Source: Acidobacteriota bacterium (GTDB lineage: Bacteria > Acidobacteriota > UBA6911 > JACQSX01). From it: a DNA stretch of 64,000 bases. Every line of letters starts with the position of its first letter. The stretch's first letter is position 1. Below the pieces are notes generated by a model, which worked only from the letters and a program-made list of their open reading frames with translations, did no database searches and was not told the DNA's origin. The stretch covers positions 1 through 64,000 of the forward strand of contig DASXQR010000146.1 of NCBI GenBank assembly GCA_036507075.1, in the 5' to 3' direction. Of this stretch, positions 40,397 to 49,994 are shown piece after piece. Position numbers and translations under genes: made by a program.

Positions 40397-40547
40397 AGCT
40401 TGCTGGATTGCGGTGATAAGGCGGGTGTTAAGGCGAAAAGCTTGCACCCGCCGTCGCTTTTTCAACCGGACCCCCTACTCGCATTCAAGTTTTCCCGCCT
40501 TTTACCAAATCCTCTGAACCTATACATTGAGAATTAGCAAAACCAAT

Positions 40548-40844
40548 ATGAAACAAAACACAAATTCACATCCAAACCAACTCGTGGTTTACCGAATGCG
40601 GATGAAATTCAGTCAAAGCCGCGTGGCCCGACTCTTGGGCCACAAAAATGAGGAGATGCTGTCCCGTTACGAGCACGGGCGATCCTTGCCGCCCTTGCTG
40701 ACCGCCTTGAAACTGGAAATTATCTATCGCGTGCCGGTGGCTTTCCTCTATCCGGAACTTTACGAAACTTTGCGTAATCGAATTCGCGCCGAGGAAGGGA
40801 AACTCTCCGTCCGGGGTCTTCAACAAGCCCTGCCCTTGAATTAA
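40548..40844 (+). CDS. XRE-family HTH regulator
   Basis: FSQSRVARLLG...LSRYEHG...P.L.TALKL. Confidence 0.85.
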   Translation: MKQNTNSHPNQLVVYRMRMKFSQSRVARLLGHKNEEMLSRYEHGRSLPPLLTALKLEIIYRVPVAFLYPELYETLRNRIRAEEGKLSVRGLQQALPLN

Positions 40845-40855
40845 CCGCAAGACAA

Positions 40856-41149
40856 ATGACCAAGATTCTTGATCGTCTCAGCTCGCCACAAGACCGCTTC
40901 CACCCGCAGACGGCCAAAGAGTTTTTCGCGTTGCAGCTTGCCCGCAAGCTGGGAGCCCTGGACCGAGTTGGTCACTTTGTGTTGCTGGTCGACCAATATT
41001 CACAAGGAACACTGCTGCGGATCTACCGGAGGGCTCGCAAGACTCAGCAAGGAACAACGGGGCTGGCAGACCGCTTCGAGGCGGAATTGGCGCATATCAA
41101 CCACAAGGAGGAAGGTAATGACTCACAAGTTAGCCGCCATCAAGGTTGA
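40856..41149 (+). CDS. Hypothetical protein
   Basis: ORF in a tightly packed operon. Confidence 0.6.
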   Translation: MTKILDRLSSPQDRFHPQTAKEFFALQLARKLGALDRVGHFVLLVDQYSQGTLLRIYRRARKTQQGTTGLADRFEAELAHINHKEEGNDSQVSRHQG

Positions 41150-41582
41150 GCGGCGAAGCGTGGCGACGGCCGTCTTTGTCGGCGACAGACTGGACTACGT
41201 GCAACGACGCCAACTTTCATCTGCGCCATCAAAGGCCGAAGCCAGTGCCGTGGGTTTTGTCAATTGGACCGTCAATACGTTTGAAATTCACTCGGTCGCG
41301 CTTGAGGCCGTAACCAATGGAGACGTGCGCCGCGTCCAACTAACAGAATCGATCCTGAAAATGCTTCGGGAAAACGGCGTCCCCATCTGGAAATTGTCAA
41401 AGCAGGACATGTTTGCCGCTTACGGAATCCCACCGCTTCGCACGCGTCGGGAGTTGTGGAAAGTAATTCTGTCGATCTGGCCGATTCTTGACCGCGGTGA
41501 GCAAGGAAACGACGGCATTTTGGACGCCGCGGCGTTGGGTCTGCTGGTTGCTACTGAACGCCTGCTCCTTACAGAGACCTGA
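41118..41582 (+). CDS. Hypothetical protein, possibly degenerate RuvC/RNase H fold
   Basis: AGGAGG RBS; beta-rich N-terminus, VALE and LDAAALGL resemble RuvC topology. Confidence 0.55.
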   Translation: MTHKLAAIKVERRSVATAVFVGDRLDYVQRRQLSSAPSKAEASAVGFVNWTVNTFEIHSVALEAVTNGDVRRVQLTESILKMLRENGVPIWKLSKQDMFAAYGIPPLRTRRELWKVILSIWPILDRGEQGNDGILDAAALGLLVATERLLLTET

Positions 41583-41611
41583 TGGAATGAACGTGAGAGG
41601 TATTAAACAAA

Positions 41612-42424
41612 ATGACATCTTCCATGGTTGGACCCTTGAGTTACATCGGCGGCAAGAATCGCCTGGCCAAACGAATCATCGCCCTGTTTCCCGAGCACAC
41701 GACCTATGTGGAACCGTTTGCCGGCGGCGCGCAAGTGTTCTTTCACAAGGAACCGTCGCCCGTAGAAGTGCTCAACGACTTGGACTTTGAAATCGTAAAT
41801 TTCTTCCGCGTCTGTCAGTGGCACTTTGACGAATTGGTTCGCTATTTAAGATACATTCTGATCAGTCGAAAGTGGTACGAGCTGCTGTCGGCGACAAATC
41901 CAGAAACATTAACTGACATTCAGCGGGCCGGACGCTTCTTTTATCTGCAGAAGAATTGTTATGGAGGCCTCGTCGTCAACCCAACGTACCACTACGGCGT
42001 CATCAAGCCGTCAAACTACAATCCCCGGCGCATAACTGAAATAATCCAGAAAACTCACGAGCGGTTGCAAGGCGTTCAAATCGAATCGTTGCCGTACGAA
42101 AAGATCCTGGAGAAATATGACCGAAAGACCACGTTGTTCTATCTGGATCCGCCATATTGGAATCGCCGATTGTACCGTTTCAATTTCAAGGAGGAAGATT
42201 TTATCGAACTGGAAAGGCTCCTGCACGGCGTGAAAGGCAAGTTCATCTTGTCTCTGGATGACAGACCAGAAGTGCGGCAACTTTTTTCCCGCTTCTCAAT
42301 CACCGGAATTGAGCTGTCCTACACGGCACAGAGAAAAAGCGGAAACCGCTATGGAGAGGTCCTAATCATGAATTACGGCTCAGCTTCTCATCGGGAACCG
42401 CGCGCGACTGCCGCACAGATTTAG
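41612..42424 (+). CDS. Dam-family (D12 class) DNA adenine methyltransferase
   Basis: YIGGK..LA, YVEPFAGG, EVLND, FYLDPPY. Confidence 0.92.
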   Translation: MTSSMVGPLSYIGGKNRLAKRIIALFPEHTTYVEPFAGGAQVFFHKEPSPVEVLNDLDFEIVNFFRVCQWHFDELVRYLRYILISRKWYELLSATNPETLTDIQRAGRFFYLQKNCYGGLVVNPTYHYGVIKPSNYNPRRITEIIQKTHERLQGVQIESLPYEKILEKYDRKTTLFYLDPPYWNRRLYRFNFKEEDFIELERLLHGVKGKFILSLDDRPEVRQLFSRFSITGIELSYTAQRKSGNRYGEVLIMNYGSASHREPRATAAQI

Positions 42425-43772
42425 AAACCCTGGGGTCCATCGTCGTTGGTACTTGGAGTCTCGTTAGAATATCCTCTTCGCGCAGAAATACCAGGAACTC
42501 TTGTCCGACTTGCTTCTTGCAGTTTTCAATCGCTGCCCGCACCGCGTCGGCTTCTCCTCTCAAAATGTGGACCCCAGCTAGCGCTCGGTAAGAGAGCGCA
42601 ATGCAACGCTGATTTCCTGCGCGGATTGCGATTTCGTTGGCGGCGATTGCCGCCTCCCAGGCTCGTTTGATCTGGCCCAGTCGCCGGTACAAATGTGACA
42701 GCAAAATCTCGGCGTCGCTTATGTCATCGGCGATGGCGAGATGCTGGCAAAGGGCAATACATTGCCGAATCCATTCGACGGCCATCCCATAACGGTCTTT
42801 GGACAAGCGTGTGTGACCGGCGTTCCAGCTTTGATCGCCCAGCATCGAATGCACTCGACCGATATTGAAATACGCACTCTGGATACCGTAGTAATCCTCC
42901 GCCAGCACGCAGGCCTCAAGGGCCTGTTGGTAGAACCGCAAGCCTTCCCCATATTGCCCGCGCTCTTTACAAAGCAGTCCCAGACCGTTATAGATCTCAC
43001 CAAGCAACTGATGGTCACGCTTCCGCGCAACTAACGTGAGCGCTTTGCGATAGAACTGCTCGGCTTGATTCAATCGGTGTTTACGCCAGTGAATCCACGC
43101 CGCTGTTGCGCAAGCCTTCGCCTCGGACCAATCGTGATCTTCTGTTGTATGCTTCAACGCTCCTGCCGCTCTTGAATGAAGCTTCAACGCTTCGTCGTAA
43201 TTCCCCTGACGTTCCAACGTCCGCGCTGCACTGCAAAGCGCCATTACCTGATGATGGGGCAGCGCTGCCGCCTCGGCCGCGCGCTGATAGTGATCCAAGG
43301 CCTTCTTGAGCTTGCCGTCGTTGAAAGCTCTATCCGCCCGCCAAAAATGCTCGACAAACCTGTAGAACCGTTTTTGATCGTCATCTTTCAATCCAGAGAT
43401 ACGCGACGCCGAACCCAGAAAAGATTCCATTCTCGATAACTCAACATCGAGTCTGATCTGTCCAGGAGCAACCTTCAGGCGGAACGGGCCGTAAACCTTC
43501 TGCTGACTCTCAATCGGCGTAGCGCCTCCCTTTCTTTGAATGTGACGCCTGATCTGCTTTCCCACACTCAACAGCGAGTTCTTTCCCCAGGAAGGAAGCA
43601 AGGCGATTTGCTCGGTCTCCACGAATCCTTCATCCGATTGAGGGCTCTTCAATCTCGCGATCGCAAGAAGGCAATACAGTTCAAAGAACCTCTTTGACAG
43701 AGCCAGATGATGGCCGCGGAATTTCACCACACGATCAGCCAAGGTGATTGCCAGCGTTTCTGCGCGACTCAT
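42366..43772 (-). CDS. TPR protein with putative N-terminal winged-helix domain
   Basis: C-terminal TPRs (YNGLGLLCKERGQYGEGL..YQQAL); N-terminus resembles a regulator wHTH. Confidence 0.75.
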   Translation of the reverse strand: MSRAETLAITLADRVVKFRGHHLALSKRFFELYCLLAIARLKSPQSDEGFVETEQIALLPSWGKNSLLSVGKQIRRHIQRKGGATPIESQQKVYGPFRLKVAPGQIRLDVELSRMESFLGSASRISGLKDDDQKRFYRFVEHFWRADRAFNDGKLKKALDHYQRAAEAAALPHHQVMALCSAARTLERQGNYDEALKLHSRAAGALKHTTEDHDWSEAKACATAAWIHWRKHRLNQAEQFYRKALTLVARKRDHQLLGEIYNGLGLLCKERGQYGEGLRFYQQALEACVLAEDYYGIQSAYFNIGRVHSMLGDQSWNAGHTRLSKDRYGMAVEWIRQCIALCQHLAIADDISDAEILLSHLYRRLGQIKRAWEAAIAANEIAIRAGNQRCIALSYRALAGVHILRGEADAVRAAIENCKKQVGQEFLVFLREEDILTRLQVPTTMDPRVSKSVRQSRAVPDEKLSRNS

Positions 43773-43873
43773 CGCGATTTGTGAAGTTTTGTGAAATTAC
43801 GTTGCAGACAGCTTAACACAGGAACGGGCAGGATCTGGAGCGTAGGGGCTCGGAATGAGAGCTCAAACACGAG

Positions 43874-44290
43874 ATGCGGAGAGACGGTATGGGATTGTAT
43901 GACTCAGAGATCCTGCTCTTTCAAACTTGTCGAGGTTTTGACGGCAGGACTCATCCCGTAGACATCGGAAAACGTAACGGTCGGCTCGCCCTGCTGTTTC
44001 ATCCCCGACTAGTCGCTCTCCCTTCCGGCATCGCAGCCAGTTGCGCTGAGGACCGAGCGCGCAGAAGAATTCGTCAAGCGTTCTTTTGGGGACTGACGCC
44101 CACGGAAAAGCGAACGTGGCAAAAGGCGCTCGAGGGCAGCTCTGTCCGGCAGATCGCGCGTGAGGAAGGCGTGAGTCGCTCGGCGATTTATGAGCGATTC
44201 CGGGGCAACTCTAAAGGTCAAGGCGGCATGATCGCCAAAAATCCCTATGTGGCCGTCTGGTGGTACTTCCGCTCGGAAAAGATTCTATGA
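43874..44290 (+). CDS. HTH (sigma-70 r4-like) protein
   Basis: LTPTEKRTW..ALEGSSVRQIAREEGVSRSAIYER. Confidence 0.7.
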   Translation: MRRDGMGLYDSEILLFQTCRGFDGRTHPVDIGKRNGRLALLFHPRLVALPSGIAASCAEDRARRRIRQAFFWGLTPTEKRTWQKALEGSSVRQIAREEGVSRSAIYERFRGNSKGQGGMIAKNPYVAVWWYFRSEKIL

Positions 44291-45663
44291 GCAAAATCGT
44301 CGAAAAATTTATTGCCGGGATTTGGAACCGGTCGGCTACCGAAGGCGAGCCCCAAGTAGTCATTCGCGGTCTGGACCTTGGGCTGTCCATTGTTGACGGC
44401 CAGCTTACTCGGAGCCACACGGGCATTCCCCATTCCAAACGACCGGAGCACGTGGCGATCCTCGGAAAGACCGGCACCGGCAAGAGTTCACTACTTCGAT
44501 ATATGGCGCGCCAGGACATTGGTCGGGATCAAGGCTTTTGTTTCTTCGATCTTCATGGTGACGCGACTTCTGTCCTGCTCGGCCTGGTGGCATCAGAGGA
44601 GCGAAGGAGTAGCCGGGACCTGAGTGAAAAGCTCGTCATTATTGAACCGGCTGACCGCGAGTTCTCGGTGGGCCTGAACGTGCTGGAGGAAACCGGCCTA
44701 CAAAGCAGCTTTGTTCAGATCGCCGAGTTTGCGCAGATTCTAAAACAGCGCTGGCATTTGGACGCCCTGGGCGCGAGAACCGAAGAACTGCTCCGAAACG
44801 CGCTCGCGGTCGCCTTGGACAACAATTTGACCTTACTCGAAGTGGCGCCGCTTCTAACCAACCAAGCGTTTCGCGCCGCTTGTCTTCGCCGCACTGCCAA
44901 TCCGGAAATCAAGGATTACTTCGAGGGACGCTACAACCGTGCAAGCGAAGGGATGCAGGCGACGACCAACAACGCGATTCTGAACAAACTGACCGCTTTT
45001 ACGGCCGATCCACACTTCCGCCACATTCTCGGCCAGCGGCAATCGACGTTTTCGCTTCTTGATGCGCTGGACCACGGCTGTTGGGTCGTCGTGAATCTGG
45101 ACAAAGGGCGCTTAGGAGAGCAGGCCGCAACGCTCGGAAGCCTGCTGTTGACCAAACTGAAAAACGCTCTGTTCTCCCGTCGCAGCCGGAACCTGTTCAC
45201 CATTTACGCCGATGAAATTCAAAACCTGGTGACCTTTGACAGCGGCTTGGATGTGTTGCTTTCGGAAGCTCGAAAATTTGGTATCTCCGTCTGTTCGGCG
45301 AATCAATATCTTGATCAGTATCCCCAGCAGATGCGCGCGGCGATCATGGCGGTCGGCACGCACGTTTGCTTCCAGCTTTCCGCCGCGGACGCCGACAAGC
45401 TCGGCGCGGCATTTGACGGCGGGAAAACTCTTGCTGAGATTCTGAAAAACCTCCCGCAGCGTCACATCGTAATCAAGTCCGGTCATCATCGATGGCGGCA
45501 GGCCGTGGTTCCTCAGATCGAAATCCCACAGGTTGACTGGAGAGATCTTTACAACAGATGTCGTCACCGATGGGCCAGACGGCGAACGGAGATTGACGCG
45601 GAAATCCGCGCACGCCAACAGCGTTTCAGTCGCCAGGATGAGGTGCTCGATGACTGGGAATAA
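44287..45663 (+). CDS. Type IV coupling protein-like / HerA-FtsK ATPase
   Basis: HVAILGKTGTGKS, FFDLHGD, YADEIQN, LSEARKFG, ANQYLDQ. Confidence 0.88.
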   Translation: MSKIVEKFIAGIWNRSATEGEPQVVIRGLDLGLSIVDGQLTRSHTGIPHSKRPEHVAILGKTGTGKSSLLRYMARQDIGRDQGFCFFDLHGDATSVLLGLVASEERRSSRDLSEKLVIIEPADREFSVGLNVLEETGLQSSFVQIAEFAQILKQRWHLDALGARTEELLRNALAVALDNNLTLLEVAPLLTNQAFRAACLRRTANPEIKDYFEGRYNRASEGMQATTNNAILNKLTAFTADPHFRHILGQRQSTFSLLDALDHGCWVVVNLDKGRLGEQAATLGSLLLTKLKNALFSRRSRNLFTIYADEIQNLVTFDSGLDVLLSEARKFGISVCSANQYLDQYPQQMRAAIMAVGTHVCFQLSAADADKLGAAFDGGKTLAEILKNLPQRHIVIKSGHHRWRQAVVPQIEIPQVDWRDLYNRCRHRWARRRTEIDAEIRARQQRFSRQDEVLDDWE

Positions 45664-46414
45664 CAAGAAGGCGGTGGTGATCCAGGAACGCGACCGTTTG
45701 CTGTTTCGAGAGCTCTCGCGAATGAGGGTGATCGATCGGGAACAGGTCAAAGTGGTGGCAGGTTTCCGGTCCACGACTGCCGTCAACCTTCGCCTGTCGA
45801 AATTGCTTCACGCCGGTTTCTTGCGGCGCATCTTCATTGGTACTGCGCCAGGTAACAAGAAGGCACTGTATACGTTGTCCTCCACCAGCGCGGCGCTCGT
45901 GGGAGATGACCGATCTCGCAAGTCGCTCTCTCTGTCAGGAACCCTTGGCCTCGAGCATCAACTTGCCGTCAACGCAATCTACCTGACCATCAAGTTCCAC
46001 CCGATCGCAGTTAACGACCTTAGGTTTGAGCGCTGGATTACTTTCCGCCAGCCCCTTCCCGGCACCGCTTTGATTCCCGATGGGTACTTCGAGCTGCAGT
46101 CGCCAACCGGAATTCACCCAATGTTTTTGGAAGTGGATCTCGGCACCGAAGTCTCAAGAATCTGGCGGGACAAGACGGCAGCCTATCTGCAGTTGGCCAC
46201 CTCAGGTCAGTTTGAAAAGCTCTTTCATCAATCCAGATTCCGGGTCCTGGTCGTGGCCACTACGAGGCGGCGCCTCGAAACCATCCGGTCGAGCGTTGCC
46301 AAATCCACTGAAAAGATCTTTTGGTTTTCCAACTTCGAGCAAATCAAAGGCAATTCCTTCTGGGCTTCGGTTTGGCTTCGACCGAAGGGCAACCAACTTC
46401 AATCACTTTTCTAA
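45650..46414 (+). CDS. Replication-relaxation (Replic_Relax) family protein
   Basis: RD..LF..L, EHQLAVN, IPDGYF, FLEVDLGTE, FRVLVV. Confidence 0.85.
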   Translation: MTGNNKKAVVIQERDRLLFRELSRMRVIDREQVKVVAGFRSTTAVNLRLSKLLHAGFLRRIFIGTAPGNKKALYTLSSTSAALVGDDRSRKSLSLSGTLGLEHQLAVNAIYLTIKFHPIAVNDLRFERWITFRQPLPGTALIPDGYFELQSPTGIHPMFLEVDLGTEVSRIWRDKTAAYLQLATSGQFEKLFHQSRFRVLVVATTRRRLETIRSSVAKSTEKIFWFSNFEQIKGNSFWASVWLRPKGNQLQSLF

Positions 46415-46423
46415 AGAATTCTT

Positions 46424-46855
46424 ATGCGCTATTGCAACAACTGTCATCGAATCACTGAAGGCGACCCGCTCTTTTGCCAGTTCTGCGCCAGAAGCTATGA
46501 CGTCAAGCTCTGCCCTCATCGACACGTCAACCCGCGAATCGCCGATGTCTGTTCTGAATGCGGCTCGCGGGATCTGAGCACGCCGGCTCCCTCGATGGGA
46601 CTCGGCAAGAGACTTCTCCTATTTTGCTTGTCGGCGGGCCCCGGCGTGTTCCTCTTGCTGATGACGATCCTTCTCGTTGTCGGCTTCATCCAGGTCATCT
46701 TCGGCGATCCTGCAATGCTCTTCCGCTTCCTGATCTTGGCCTTGTTGTTCGGCATTCTCTGGCGGATTTATATGTTTTTCCCACCTCCGCTTCGCAACTT
46801 GTTCAAATCCATATGGCCCAAAACTCGACCCAAGCGACAAACGCCCAGGCACTGA
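46424..46855 (+). CDS. Double zinc-ribbon membrane protein
   Basis: CxxC..FCxxC..CPxxH..CxxCG followed by two hydrophobic helices. Confidence 0.8.
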   Translation: MRYCNNCHRITEGDPLFCQFCARSYDVKLCPHRHVNPRIADVCSECGSRDLSTPAPSMGLGKRLLLFCLSAGPGVFLLLMTILLVVGFIQVIFGDPAMLFRFLILALLFGILWRIYMFFPPPLRNLFKSIWPKTRPKRQTPRH

Positions 46856-46994
46856 TACCCCAACTCGCCGCGTCGGCCAAACGCGCAACCACGCCATTTT
46901 ATTGGCTTTCTCTGGCCTATCCCATAGGCAGCCCTGCCTATGCCGGTGCCTACAACTCTGCCTATACCGAAACTCCCAACCCGAGGTGTCCCGC

Positions 46995-47279
46995 ATGAGT
47001 GAAGACATTCTTGGCAAGCCGATAAACATCCGTGACGTTGCCAAATTGATCGGCCTCTCGCCCTGGAGTGTAAGACACCGGCTCATCCCGAAGGGATTGC
47101 CGCACTTCCGCTCCGGGGCCAGCGGCAGGTTGATTTTCTACACCAACCAAGTCGTCCGCTGGATCGAAGACCAACAGAAAGGAGGGAAACAAAGTGGGTC
47201 TCTGGAAAAGAGGACAGGTCTGGTGGGCTTACTGGTACGTCGACGGCGTCCGGCACCAGGTATCGACAGGCACAGGTAA
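46995..47279 (+). CDS. Excisionase-like HTH protein
   Basis: IRDVAKLIGLS..SVR..GLPHFR..GRLIF..VVRWIE; GAGG RBS. Confidence 0.75.
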   Translation: MSEDILGKPINIRDVAKLIGLSPWSVRHRLIPKGLPHFRSGASGRLIFYTNQVVRWIEDQQKGGKQSGSLEKRTGLVGLLVRRRRPAPGIDRHR

Positions 47280-48234
47280 TCGAAGACAAGCCGAGAGCAT
47301 CATGCAGAAGCTCAAGCAGGAGGCCAACGCGAGACGCCACCAACTAATCGAAGCGGACCCGCACATGACGTTTGGGGCCTTGGCCGCCAGGTTCATCGCA
47401 AACGGCAATCCGTCTCATCATCACCTGGAGCGGCTCGAAATGCTGCTTACGTACTTCGCCGACACGCCGGTGGTGCGGATTAACCGGGCCATGGCGGGTG
47501 AGTACAGGGCGTGGCGCCACGCCGCCAAGCAAGTCTCCGACGCGACCATCAACCGGGATCTATCCGTGATGCGGCGGCTGCTCTACTGGGGCGTCGAGCA
47601 ATCCTTGTTGCTGGCAAACCCTCTAGCGCGCCTGCGAATGGAGAGGGAGCGCAGAACAGGACGGCCGGTGGTCAGCATTGTCGAGGAAGCTAACCTTTTG
47701 AAAGCCGCAGCCGACCACCTGAAGGACATCATCGTCGCCGCGCTGGACACTGGCATGCGGCGCGGCGAGATCCTGCATCAACGGTGGGAGCACGTTGATT
47801 TTACGAGGCGCTTGCTCTTTGTCACCCGGTCAAAAACGCCCGAAGGGGAAGCCCGAGAGATCCCGCTGACCCGGAGACTGCTGACCCTGCTCTGGAGTCG
47901 GCGGCAGCCCGAAGGCCTGATCTTCACCTTCAACCAGGTAGCCATTCGCGACATTAAGACTGCCTGGAAACGGACGCTGAAGAATTCAGGGAGCCGCCAC
48001 ATCCGCTTCCACGACCTGCGGCACACGTTCAACACCCGGCTGCTGGAAGCCGGAGTCATGCAAGAGGTGCGGATGGCCCTGATGGGTCATTCCAACCGCG
48101 AAAGAGTGCATTCCATTTACACCCACGTGGAACTGCCGGCTAAACGCGAAGCGATCGCGAAGCTTGAACAGTGGGTGCAAGACCAAAAGCAACTAAAGGG
48201 AGGAGGAGAAAATGCCATCACCCAAGCAGTCTGA
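47194..48234 (+). CDS. Tyrosine recombinase/integrase
   Basis: ATINRDLS, TGMRRGE, SKT, FHDLRHT, MGH, IYTH: catalytic set intact. Confidence 0.94.
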   Translation: MGLWKRGQVWWAYWYVDGVRHQVSTGTGNRRQAESIMQKLKQEANARRHQLIEADPHMTFGALAARFIANGNPSHHHLERLEMLLTYFADTPVVRINRAMAGEYRAWRHAAKQVSDATINRDLSVMRRLLYWGVEQSLLLANPLARLRMERERRTGRPVVSIVEEANLLKAAADHLKDIIVAALDTGMRRGEILHQRWEHVDFTRRLLFVTRSKTPEGEAREIPLTRRLLTLLWSRRQPEGLIFTFNQVAIRDIKTAWKRTLKNSGSRHIRFHDLRHTFNTRLLEAGVMQEVRMALMGHSNRERVHSIYTHVELPAKREAIAKLEQWVQDQKQLKGGGENAITQAV

Positions 48235-48421
48235 AGCTGCCTCTGCAAAGGCCGCCTCAACCGGACGAAAACCCTGGAAGAAAAGGACGCCTGTCGAAGT
48301 TGTATTGGAACAGGCCGACAAGCTCAAACAGGAGATCGCCCAGACCGAAGACGACCTGAAGCAAAAGCGCAAGCAGCTTGCCAAGTTCGAAGAGGCACGC
48401 AAGATCTTCGAAACAAGCTAA
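48212..48421 (+). CDS. Small basic coiled-coil hypothetical protein
   Basis: GGAGGAG RBS; followed by a terminator. Confidence 0.7.
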   Translation: MPSPKQSEAASAKAASTGRKPWKKRTPVEVVLEQADKLKQEIAQTEDDLKQKRKQLAKFEEARKIFETS

Positions 48422-48427
48422 ACAACC

Positions 48428-48467
48428 AAGGAGTTTGCCCGATGGGGGCAAACTCCTTTTCTTTTTT
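48428..48467 (+). terminator. Rho-independent terminator
   Basis: aaggagtttgccc-gatgg-gggcaaactcctt followed by a T-rich tract. Confidence 0.85.
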
Positions 48468-49447
48468 GACCCAGACCCGGCCTCCTTACAGGGGAGTGTC
48501 AGAATCAAATTAGGGGCAATGACGCCTCAAATCCAATCAGGGAGAGAAACATGAAGCGAAGTATCCATAAAGAGAGCGGCATCGGACGAGATGCCTCGGG
48601 ATGTTGAAGTCGAACCGGGAACGACGGCCTATGACCTCTGAATTTCGATCCGCACCAGCATGCCATCGGCACCGCTAACGGCGAAATCCTGCACGGCAAC
48701 GATGCGCTCTATTCCAAGGTGAGCGAAGGCGAACAAGCTGCTGGTCACCTCGGGAGAAAAGTCTTTTTTTCTTCCCAGGGGCGCCCGACCATTTTCCTGC
48801 GATCCTGCCGGTAGCCCCGAGGGTGGCTGTTCTGGAATCTCGTCGCTCGCATGGCGTTGGTCCCCCCCCATTTTTTTTCTTCCCAGGACAGATCGCGGAC
48901 CACCGAATCATCGATCCATTGGGGCACCATTTGATTCCTGACCGAAGTGGCCTGCAGCCAAACGCAAGAGTTGATTGCTCCTTGGTGCGCGTCGGCTGGT
49001 GTGCGCAAGGCTCGTTGTGGCGGATCCGCTCGGGGGGCGCGCCGCAAGAGAAAAGGGTTACTTCCCCCAAGGCCCCGGTCAGGATATGCCGAGAGATCGC
49101 CATTTTGACTGAGAAATTTCTCACCAGAAAAGACCTGCGAAATTCGCAGACTTGTCACCGGCCGATGACGTCACAAGCACTCTCGAAGGTCGGCGAACAA
49201 AGGAGAGTAAACCCCACAAAGGGTGGTACAGTTCGGAGCATTAGGAAGAACAGTTTTGGTATAACCAATATTGCTTGACTCCTCTGCGCTGTTTTTGCGG
49301 ATAATTGCGCCAACAGCAAGAGCAATTCTCCCGGACTCTTGTTTTTCTCAAGACTCGAAGACGGCACGGCGTAGGTGACCTTCCACGTCAGGAGCCATCG
49401 GAGTGACGAGGAAACGTAATTGTCGGGCTGCGTATTGGAGGCACATC

Positions 49448-49918
49448 ATGGGGACCAAGCAAACCACGAAACGAGGTACGGACAGGACGAGGTCGAAGCA
49501 GCGACTGAAAGCACTTGCCCGTCGGTACGCGCAGGTCTTGCGCGGGATTAACACCCAGGAGGCCGCACGACGCAAGCTCTCAAAGGAACTCTATGAGCTC
49601 GCGTTGGATTCCGAAGATGCGGAGCTGGCGTTACACGAGCACACCTTCGGCCCCCGCAAGACCAAGCCAGTTGTCAAACATGTGCCATTGGCGAGTCCGG
49701 AAGCGGCGTTATGGCTGATGTGCTGCAATATTTGGGTGCCCCTGCCGATCATCGTGTGCATCCTTGCTGGGTGCCCGCCCGTCCTGCTGCCCCCGGGCAG
49801 AGTCTGCTTTTTAATAAACTGTCAGATGAAGGTCCGTTCTCGAATCGCAGGCCCCTGCCCTAGAACGACAGCCAAACGAGTCAGACTGCGTTTTCTATTG
49901 ACCTGGACTGACACGTAG
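49448..49918 (+). CDS. Hypothetical protein with Cys/Pro-rich C-terminal half
   Basis: GGAGG RBS 6 nt before ATG. Confidence 0.5.
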   Translation: MGTKQTTKRGTDRTRSKQRLKALARRYAQVLRGINTQEAARRKLSKELYELALDSEDAELALHEHTFGPRKTKPVVKHVPLASPEAALWLMCCNIWVPLPIIVCILAGCPPVLLPPGRVCFLINCQMKVRSRIAGPCPRTTAKRVRLRFLLTWTDT

Positions 49919-49994
49919 GAGCAAGCTTTGTGAAACCCCAAGGAAGTTGGACTCCGAGGCTAAACCTGCTTAAAAGACTACGGTGTTGCTCACA

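Larger units (their letters stand above)
37664..48467. mobile_element. Nested integrative/mobilisable module (approximate limits)
   Basis: Serine recombinase, RadC, HTH, MTase, coupling ATPase, Replic_Relax, Xis-like HTH, tyrosine integrase; ends not defined. Confidence 0.65.

Noticed and set aside
44287..46855. Complete conjugative ICE or prophage
   Set aside because: No VirB4/mating-pair genes or phage structural genes are visible.
37764..49160. gttcgaagtctgtcccg (~37764) and attcgcagacttgtcaccg (~49142) as att sites of the nested element
   Set aside because: The similarity is short and gapped and cannot be told from chance without comparative genomes.
48480..49400. Structured ncRNA or coding genes in the long gap after the integrase operon
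   Set aside because: Only weak overlapping ORFs and no recognisable RNA family; would need a covariance-model search.
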